In this document: piece by piece, positions 49,325 to 56,555 of the stretch
Layout: each line of letters opens with the position of its first letter
Position numbering within the stretch: position 1 is the stretch's first letter
Origin: Erysipelotrichaceae bacterium
GTDB taxonomy: Bacteria; Bacillota_I; Bacilli_A; Erysipelotrichales; Erysipelotrichaceae
Direction: 5' to 3'
Length of the DNA stretch: 56,555 bases
Assembly: GCA_030528085.1 (NCBI GenBank)
Contig: JAUMZN010000001.1
Location: 1-56,555, forward strand
The notes under the pieces: model-generated
Database searches by the model: none
Told to the model about the DNA's origin: nothing
Seen by the model: the letters and a program-made list of their open reading frames with translations, nothing else
Position numbers and translations under genes: made by a program

Positions 49325-49715
49325 GTACGCATTTGTCAGAGCTCATTTCATACAAAATCAAAAATGAAAAACAAAAGTCGTAAACGTTTTCAAAAAGTTA
49401 CATCGAAATCACGCAAAAACCCTCATTTCGAGACTATTGCGTGTTAGAACGCATAGACAAACAAGTCGGATTTGTTATAATTGGATTGCTTTATTTCTCT
49501 GATAAACTCTAACGGTCGATTGATTTAGACTGCATATGAGATTCAAAATAAATGCAACAAAACTGCACCGTCCGACAACGGGAACAGTCTAAACTAGCTT
49601 GTGGACATCATTTGCTCATCTTTTCCTTGCTTACAATAAAAAGTGAGAGACATGATGGATGAAACAAGAATCTTCATGAAATCCATGGAGAATGTCAAGG
49701 AAGGACAGAGAATAT

Positions 49716-51269
49716 ATGACTCCATTATGGATCACTCTGGCCGGGATAGCAGGACTTGTTTTAGGCATATTGTTAATGGTTGCCTATTCTAAAGCAGGTC
49801 TCAATAAAAATCAGCAACAGGCACAACAAATTTTAGACAAAGCACAAAGTGATGCAGAAGCGCGTCTTAAACAGGCGGTACTTGATGGTAAAACACAAGC
49901 CCACGATCTGAAAGTAGAAGCGGAAAAAGAAATCAAAGAGCGCCGTCAAGAAGTTATGGATATGGAAAACAAACTTCTGCGCCGCGAGGATAGTTTAAAT
50001 TTTAGAGACGAGTCTTTAAATCAAAAAGAAAAAGATCTCGCTAGCCAGACAAAGAAAGTCAACGAAAAATTGGCTGCTCTGGAAGAAAAAGATAAACAAC
50101 TCCAAAAAGAAATCGATCGTCAGATCGAAGTCCTTGAAGGAGTCGCTCGCATGACGTCTCAAGAAGCTCGTACTGAACTCTTTGCCTTGGTAGAAAAGCA
50201 AATGGAACACGAAACCATGGCTTATATCAAAGAACAAGAAGACAATGCGAAATCCACTGCTGCACGCAACGCACAAGAAATCATCGCTTTGAGCATCGAA
50301 CGCATGGCTCAACAAGAAACAATGGACCGCACAATTTCTGTAGTCACCATCCCTGGTGAAGAAATGAAAGGTCGAATCATTGGACGTGAAGGCCGTAATA
50401 TCCGGGCGTTTGAACAGGCTACAGGCGTCGAATTGAACATTGATGATACACCTGATTTAATCACAATCACATGTTTCAACCCAATTCGTCGTGAAGTGGC
50501 GCGTCTTGCTCTTGAATATTTAATTCGAGACGGACGAATTCAACCAGGACGTATTGAAGAAGTCGTTAAGAAATTCCAACACGAAGTCGAAGCCGAAATT
50601 ATGAAAGCTGGAGAAGAAACAGTATTCAAACTCGGTATCGGACGAATCGATCGCGAAATCGTTCGTTTAATCGGTACTTTGAAATATCGTTTCTCCTATG
50701 GCCAAAATGCTTTGCAGCACTCAATTGAAGTTGCATTGATTGCCGGCAGCATGGCTGCTGAGTTGGGATTGAACCAGCATATGGCAAAACGAGCTGGCTT
50801 ATTGCACGATATTGGTAAAGCACTGAATATCGATCAACAAGAAGGAAGCCACGTCGATCTTGGTTATAAATTCTGTAAAAAACATGGCGAAAAGGACATC
50901 GTGCTGAATGCCATCGCCTCACACCACGGTGATGTTGAAGCTAAATATTTAACTTCACACTTAGTCATCGCTGCTGACACCATTTCAGCTGCACGACCAG
51001 GTGCTCGTAAAGAATCTGCTCAAGCTTATGTAGAACGATTGGAAAATCTGGAAAAAATCGCCAATGAATTTGAAGGCGTCAGCCAAGCTTATGCAATCCA
51101 GGCTGGACGTGAAATTCGAATCATGGTTGTACCAGATGCCGTAAGTGATACAGCTTGTGTCAAGATGGCAAGAGCAATCCGTGACAAAATTGAATCTGAA
51201 CTCACATATCCCGGACAGATCAAAGTGAACGTAATTCGCGAAGTCCGTGCACAGGAAATTGCGAAATAA
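49716..51269 (+). CDS. rny: Ribonuclease Y
   Basis: N-terminal TM, coiled coil, KH MKGRIIGREGRNIR, HD (LLHDIGK), SAARPGAR, YAIQAGRE. Confidence 0.97.
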   Translation: MTPLWITLAGIAGLVLGILLMVAYSKAGLNKNQQQAQQILDKAQSDAEARLKQAVLDGKTQAHDLKVEAEKEIKERRQEVMDMENKLLRREDSLNFRDESLNQKEKDLASQTKKVNEKLAALEEKDKQLQKEIDRQIEVLEGVARMTSQEARTELFALVEKQMEHETMAYIKEQEDNAKSTAARNAQEIIALSIERMAQQETMDRTISVVTIPGEEMKGRIIGREGRNIRAFEQATGVELNIDDTPDLITITCFNPIRREVARLALEYLIRDGRIQPGRIEEVVKKFQHEVEAEIMKAGEETVFKLGIGRIDREIVRLIGTLKYRFSYGQNALQHSIEVALIAGSMAAELGLNQHMAKRAGLLHDIGKALNIDQQEGSHVDLGYKFCKKHGEKDIVLNAIASHHGDVEAKYLTSHLVIAADTISAARPGARKESAQAYVERLENLEKIANEFEGVSQAYAIQAGREIRIMVVPDAVSDTACVKMARAIRDKIESELTYPGQIKVNVIREVRAQEIAK

Positions 51270-51284
51270 CTAATCAAATCAATC

Positions 51285-51311
51285 AAAACCGCATCGAGCG
51301 GTTTTTTTTTT
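51285..51311 (+). terminator. Terminator after rny
   Basis: AAAACCGC / GCGGTTTT followed by a long T-run. Confidence 0.85.
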
Positions 51312-51512
51312 ACGATTGATGAGTTTCATTTGAGATTTGTTTGTGAAAGAAAACAAAAGTTTTGCTTTCGTGAGTGCTACTGTAAAATAGAGAAGAGAAA
51401 TTGTGCTAAAGTATCCACTTAGGACATTTGTATTCAATATAGAAAACAATTATACAATTCAAAGAAATAGAAATTTGAATTGTCTGCATACTCAATCAGA
51501 AAGGAATTGCAT

Positions 51513-52946
51513 ATGAAAATTAAAGAGAACTGGCATTTGCCAAATCGTGACCAAGCCGCAAAACGCAATCACGACCAAGTCGAAACAATCTCTACATTCC
51601 AGATTACAGAATCACAAAAAACGATGGGATTGAATCAGAAATACTATATTTCGACCTATGGATGCCAAGCAAACGAACGAGACTCCGAAAACATTGCGGG
51701 GATTTTAGAAGCTTGCGGATATAGCGTTGCAAAAACTGCTCAAGAAGCGGATATCATTTTAATGAATACTTGCGGTATTCGTGAAAATGCCGCAAATAAC
51801 GTTTTGGGCGAAGTAGGAAGCTATAAAAAGTTATTCAAAAACAAACCAGACCTCATTATTGGGGTTGGTGGATGCATGGCCCAAGAAGAAGGGTTTACTC
51901 GCACATTATTAGAAAAATATCCATGGTGCCATTTAGTATTTGGTACACATAACTTTAACCAGCTGCCTGAATATATCGAACGCTGCAAAAATAACGAAAA
52001 AGTCGTTGAAGTTTATTCACGCCAAGGCGAAATCTATGAAAACTTACCTGAACATCGTGCTGGTAAATATAAAGCATGGGTCAACATCATGTATGGCTGC
52101 GATAAATTCTGTACGTATTGCATCGTTCCTTATACAAGAGGTAAACAAAGAAGCCGTCAGCCAGAAGCGATTCTTGAAGAAGTAAAAGTGCTTAAAAAGC
52201 TTGGCTACAAAGAAATTTCTTTATTAGGACAAAACGTCAATGCGTATGGCAAAGATTTACCTAATAGCTGGGACTTTGCGCGCTTGCTTGAAGAATGTGC
52301 CAAACTTGGTATTGAACGCGTTCGTTTTATGACAAGTCATCCTTGGGATTTCAGCGATGAAATGATCGAAATTATCGCAAAATACGACAACATCATGCCT
52401 TATATCCATCTGCCTTTACAAAGTGGTGATGATGACATTTTACGCCGCATGGGAAGACGCTATACGAGTGCGGAATATAAAGAATTGTTCCATAAAATCC
52501 GCAATACAATTCCTGGCGTAACGATTTCGACAGATATTATCGTCGGATTCCCACAAGAAAGTGATGAAGCATTTGAACATACTTTAGATGTTGTTCGCGA
52601 ATGTCGTTTTGATAATGCATATACATTCATTTACTCACCACGTCCAGGAACACCTGCCGCTAAGATGGCTGATGATATTGATCTGCAGACGAAAAAAGAA
52701 CGCCTCTATCGCTTAAATGAATTATGGAATCGCCAGGCTAACGAAAACCACCAAAAACTCGTTGGCAAAATTGTGCCAGTATTAGTCGATGGACCATCCA
52801 AAAAAGATCCAAGCGTTTATTGCGGATATTCAGATACGTCGATTCCAGTGAACTTTACTGGTGAAAACATTCATGAAGGCGATATCGTCAATGTCAAAAT
52901 TGAACAAGCCAGAACATTTTCTCTTAATGGAATCAAGGTCGACTAA
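51513..52946 (+). CDS. miaB: tRNA methylthiotransferase MiaB
   Basis: TYGCQ.N..DSE, NTC, GC.AQ, CDKFCTYC radical-SAM motif, TDIIVGFP, YSPRPGT, TRAM domain. Confidence 0.96.
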   Translation: MKIKENWHLPNRDQAAKRNHDQVETISTFQITESQKTMGLNQKYYISTYGCQANERDSENIAGILEACGYSVAKTAQEADIILMNTCGIRENAANNVLGEVGSYKKLFKNKPDLIIGVGGCMAQEEGFTRTLLEKYPWCHLVFGTHNFNQLPEYIERCKNNEKVVEVYSRQGEIYENLPEHRAGKYKAWVNIMYGCDKFCTYCIVPYTRGKQRSRQPEAILEEVKVLKKLGYKEISLLGQNVNAYGKDLPNSWDFARLLEECAKLGIERVRFMTSHPWDFSDEMIEIIAKYDNIMPYIHLPLQSGDDDILRRMGRRYTSAEYKELFHKIRNTIPGVTISTDIIVGFPQESDEAFEHTLDVVRECRFDNAYTFIYSPRPGTPAAKMADDIDLQTKKERLYRLNELWNRQANENHQKLVGKIVPVLVDGPSKKDPSVYCGYSDTSIPVNFTGENIHEGDIVNVKIEQARTFSLNGIKVD

Positions 52947-53007
52947 CTTGGTCGATGGTATACTATAAATAAATAATAAATCTCACGAAATAGTCATGGA
53001 GGTCTAA

Positions 53008-54693
53008 ATGGCTGGAACAGAATTTCTAAAGAAAGATGAAACCATCAGACTATTCGCCCTTGGTGGATTAGATGAAGATGGTAAAAACATGCTCGTCATC
53101 GAAATTGACGGGGATATTTACATCGTAGAATCCGGATTAAAGTTCCCTGATTTTAAAGGGGCACTTGGAGTCGAGTGCATCGTGCCTGACTTCACTTATT
53201 TAAAGGAACATGAAGATCGTATTCAAGGAATCTTGATTACCCATGGTCATGATGATGTCATGGGTGCTCTTCCTTATTTATTAAAGGAAATTAAAGCAGA
53301 TGTTTATGTTTCTCCATTCACATTTGGCGTTGTCAACGAATTATTGAAGAAAAATCATATTACCGGAGCACGTTTAAAAGTTGTACGTCAAAAAGAAACA
53401 AGAAGAATTGGCGGACGCCAAGTGATCTTCTTCCCAGTAACACATTCCTATCCACAAACTTATGGATTTGGAATTCAAACAGCACATGGATATATCGTTT
53501 ATTCTGGAGAATTTATTGCTGATTACGATGATTTCTCTGATGCATATCATGGCGATTATTCATTTGCGACACGTTTTAAAAATGATGGCGTATTTATCTT
53601 GTTGCAAGATTCAAAGAGCGCCGATCGCCCGCTGCATACTGCACCAAAACATAAAGTCAGCGAACACTTCGATAAACTTTTATCTGAAAACGAAAAACGA
53701 CGGGTATTTGTCGAAATCTATACCCAATCCGTTTATCGCATTCAGGAAATGATTCAATGCTGTATCGATCATCACCGCAAAATTTGTTTCTATACAAAAG
53801 AGATTCAACATCTCGTTTCTCTTTTACAAAGCGTCATGGATCCAATCCCTGCCGACTTAGTCGTTAAAGAAGATCAAATCGACCAGCTCGATGATGTCGT
53901 TGTCTTTATTTCAGGACAAGGCCGTCAGTTATTCCAGTTGATGTCCAATATTGCGAACTCCGAAGTTGAAAACATCGAGATTCGTGAAAGTGATGTCTTC
54001 GTCGTTGCGACACCTTTAGTTCCAGGTGTAGAAAACGACTTCAAAAACATGGAAAACGACATTTATAAAAAAGAAGGAACAATCATCAAAATCGACCGTG
54101 ATGTCAAAGGAATGCACCCTTCAAAAGAAGACTTAAAAATGGTCATCTACATGACAGAGCCAAAATACTACATCCCAATTAAAGGGGCGTATCGTATGCT
54201 TTGTGCCAATGCGATGACAGCAGAAGAGATGCATATTCCTAAAGATCACATCATTATTATCGATAATGGTGAAATCATCACATTTAAAAATGGTGAACTG
54301 CAGCCAGGACGCGAAATTCTCGAATTGCACGATTCTTTAATCGATGGCAATGCGGATTGGGACGTTGCCGGGGTTGTATTAAAAGATCGCGAAATTTTAT
54401 CGACAGATGGTGTCATGGTTTTAGCAATCGGTTTAGATTTTAAAACGAAAGAAATCGTGAACGGGCCAGATATTCAAACACGCGGACTTGTCTATGTTCG
54501 CGATGCTGAATATTTAACTAGAGAAGTGACGCGAATCATGGAAGATACGATTAAAGAAATGGTTGATGCCAATCGCTATGAAAATATGGAATGCCGCAAC
54601 CAAATTCGTGAACGTGTTTCTCGCTATGTATTTAAGCAAACCGCAAAACGACCAATGGTTTTACCGGTTATTCTTGAATTAGCGCAAAAATAG
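53008..54693 (+). CDS. rnj: Ribonuclease J, J2-like (degenerate metal motifs)
   Basis: ALGGL.E.GKN, THGHDDV (canonical HGHEDH), VTHS, beta-CASP, DR..LS.DG, RP..LPVI. Confidence 0.88.
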   Translation: MAGTEFLKKDETIRLFALGGLDEDGKNMLVIEIDGDIYIVESGLKFPDFKGALGVECIVPDFTYLKEHEDRIQGILITHGHDDVMGALPYLLKEIKADVYVSPFTFGVVNELLKKNHITGARLKVVRQKETRRIGGRQVIFFPVTHSYPQTYGFGIQTAHGYIVYSGEFIADYDDFSDAYHGDYSFATRFKNDGVFILLQDSKSADRPLHTAPKHKVSEHFDKLLSENEKRRVFVEIYTQSVYRIQEMIQCCIDHHRKICFYTKEIQHLVSLLQSVMDPIPADLVVKEDQIDQLDDVVVFISGQGRQLFQLMSNIANSEVENIEIRESDVFVVATPLVPGVENDFKNMENDIYKKEGTIIKIDRDVKGMHPSKEDLKMVIYMTEPKYYIPIKGAYRMLCANAMTAEEMHIPKDHIIIIDNGEIITFKNGELQPGREILELHDSLIDGNADWDVAGVVLKDREILSTDGVMVLAIGLDFKTKEIVNGPDIQTRGLVYVRDAEYLTREVTRIMEDTIKEMVDANRYENMECRNQIRERVSRYVFKQTAKRPMVLPVILELAQK

Positions 54694-54997
54694 TTTGCAT
54701 CGTACTACTTGAATTTCTATTGGAATGCGGGATAGAAATAATCCTATTTGTAAAATCACTTGTATTCATTGTATGAGGTTTGATCAGAAGATTTTGTGAA
54801 AAAAGCAGGCAGTTTTTATGCCGCTGATAGTACCTTAAGAAAATTTTAGAGTGCCAAATAAAAGATATTTTTACATTTCTAACGACCCCCGAAAAAAGGG
54901 TACGTCAAATTCTAGTTTCTAGTTTTGTGGAATTTAATGCTTAGAAACTAGTTTAGTCAGAAATCGGACTTTTAAATGAAAAAACAAGGAGGAAAAC

Positions 54998-56308
54998 ATG
55001 AATAGAAGACGTATTGTTCAGCGTCTATGTGCTAGTGCATTAGCATTTACTCTTGCAATTCCACAAGGAGTAATGGCACAGGAATTTGTTGAAGCACCAG
55101 TAGTAGAAAATGAAGTAGAGTTTCAAAATGAATCAAATTCGCAGCATCTGAATATGAGAGATTTTTTGACTTGGATCATTAATAATCCAAGTTATAAAGA
55201 AAATATAAAAACTCAAGCAAAAGATGCTGTGGATGTTTTAGAAGATGGCGTATTAGGATCTTATACGGATTTATCAGATCCAGAAGATGCAACTGCAATG
55301 AAAAACGTTATTAAATCCATCACAGTTCTTGAGGAGTGTAACCGCCTGCGAAAAAATCATGGAGTTGATGAACTAGAAGTAAGCTTGGAATTGATGGTTG
55401 TTGCGCAAAAACACCTAAATAAGTCTGATTCAGAAATGGGCCATTCTAGAGCATATCACGTAGGGGAAAATCTTAGTTGGGGAAGTCTGTATCCATTTGA
55501 TGGATGGTATGTCGAAGAAAAAGTAATGTATGAGAAGTATATTAAACAAGGCTTTTCACTAGCAGACATGGAGAATGATCCTGTGAAGTATAAGCAGGTT
55601 GGGCATTATCTAAATGTTATTAATCCGAGTTATTCAAGAACAGGCGCTGCTTTTGAATTGAATGGAGATTCTTCATATAGTGGAATTTGTGCAGGGCAAG
55701 TATTTGATTTTAATCGTTCAGTAAAACCGAGATCATATAATGGATCGACCATGGAGGTAAGTGCCTTCAAAGAAATGGTCAATAAATTCTGTGAAGAAAA
55801 AGGGTATAAACCTCCAACTCAAGGTGGATCAAACCAGGGTGGATTAAATCAAGGCGGAATTATAGAAATTATTGTTTTACCAGAGGAATACGAAGGAACT
55901 ATGGTTGGGATGCAAAGATTGTACAATCCAAATTCTGGAGAACATTTCTACACCGCTAATATTGATGAAACATTAACGTTGATCTTGAGCGGTTGGCGTT
56001 ATGAAAGTCTTGGTTGGGCTGCACCAGTTAAATCGAAGACTCCCGTATATCGTTTATATAACAAAAATGCTGGGGATCACCATTACACAACGAATCGCCA
56101 AGAAAGAGATGTTCTGATCGCTGCTGGCTGGAAAGATGAAGGAATCGGTTGGTATTCTGATGATGCACATACTCGACCACTTTATCGCCAATATAATCCA
56201 AACGCAAAATCCGGAAGTCATAATTACACTTCAGATCGAGATGAGCATCGTTTCTTAGTCAAAAATGGTTGGAAAGACGAAGGAATTGCTTGGTACGCAT
56301 CTTTATAA
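54998..56308 (+). CDS. Secreted CAP/SCP-domain protein with triple DUF5648-type repeat
   Basis: Signal peptide; N.LR..HG...L, H, GENL.WG, GHYLN (CAP); three RLYN.N...H.YT...GW..EG repeats. Confidence 0.85.
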   Translation: MNRRRIVQRLCASALAFTLAIPQGVMAQEFVEAPVVENEVEFQNESNSQHLNMRDFLTWIINNPSYKENIKTQAKDAVDVLEDGVLGSYTDLSDPEDATAMKNVIKSITVLEECNRLRKNHGVDELEVSLELMVVAQKHLNKSDSEMGHSRAYHVGENLSWGSLYPFDGWYVEEKVMYEKYIKQGFSLADMENDPVKYKQVGHYLNVINPSYSRTGAAFELNGDSSYSGICAGQVFDFNRSVKPRSYNGSTMEVSAFKEMVNKFCEEKGYKPPTQGGSNQGGLNQGGIIEIIVLPEEYEGTMVGMQRLYNPNSGEHFYTANIDETLTLILSGWRYESLGWAAPVKSKTPVYRLYNKNAGDHHYTTNRQERDVLIAAGWKDEGIGWYSDDAHTRPLYRQYNPNAKSGSHNYTSDRDEHRFLVKNGWKDEGIAWYASL

Positions 56309-56390
56309 ACAAATAAGGCACTCTTAAAGTGAAGCTTAGGTGAATTTTACCTTTAACTTTTCTTGAGGTGTATTCAAACCTCTTCAATTC

Positions 56391-56428
56391 AATAGCGAAG
56401 AATCACAGATCGATTCTTCGCTATTTTT
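56391..56428 (+). terminator. Terminator after the CAP gene (group IIC intron target)
   Basis: AATAGCGAAGAATC / GATTCTTCGCTATT followed by TTT. Confidence 0.88.
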
Positions 56429-56431
56429 GGG

Positions 56432-56517
56432 GTGTGCCGGGCATGGCACACTCCTTGCTGGTGAAAGACCAGTCGCAATTATCTGCCGGTAAGCGTAGAG
56501 AAGGTAACAGGGAAACA
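56432..56517 (+). mobile_element. 5' fragment of a group IIC intron
   Basis: Starts GTGTGCCGGGCATGGCACAC...GGTGAAAGACC...AAGGTAACAG, matching the class C 5' end (GUGYG). It begins 3 nt after the terminator T-tract. Confidence 0.7.
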
Positions 56518-56518
56518 T

Positions 56519-56547
56519 AGACCCGGATTTTGAAGTCCGGGTCTTTT
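56519..56547 (+). terminator. Terminator-like hairpin
   Basis: AGACCCGGA / TCCGGGTCT followed by TTT. Confidence 0.7.
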
Positions 56548-56555
56548 CTATATGA

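Noticed and set aside
49179-49361. 60-aa minus-strand ORF
   Set aside because: Antisense shadow of rpmF.
56318-56375. Imperfect palindrome resembling fused IS3-type ends
   Set aside because: Too degenerate, with no transposase or target duplication visible.
1-56555. CRISPR array, tRNA/rRNA, prophage or integrase
   Set aside because: No regularly spaced repeats, cloverleaf or rRNA signatures, or recombinase/phage motifs seen by eye.

Overview
Low-GC Firmicute chromosomal segment, most likely from a gut Erysipelotrichaceae. That assignment is an inference from the short ~978-aa SMC, three DUF5648-type surface proteins and the gene order. The backbone is housekeeping: smc-ftsY-ylxM, ackA-nrnA, dnaE, rplU-prp-rpmA-obgE, serC-serA-DUF1015, ruvAB-recJ-apt-rel, tmcAL, yceD-rpmF, rny-miaB-rnj. 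The accessory elements are: (1) a SauUSI-like PLD-helicase-DUF3427 gene (type IV restriction-like) preceded by a P-loop kinase; (2) a two-gene operon of Old-Yellow-Enzyme/Fe-S flavoproteins, the second with the HGDR motif of bilirubin reductase BilR and the first an uncharacterised paralog with an atypical active site, together a candidate two-enzyme bilin-reduction system and the best lead in the window; (3) two secreted beta-helix proteins behind a promoter with a G9 tract in its -35/-10 spacer (phase variation); (4) tandem duplicated lipoproteins; (5) a 5' fragment of a group IIC intron right after a terminator. I also see a structured rny leader, apparently leaderless dnaE/recJ/tmcAL, and ylxM terminating without ffh. 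No tRNA, rRNA, CRISPR array or transposase was recognised. All family calls come from reading motifs, not from database searches.
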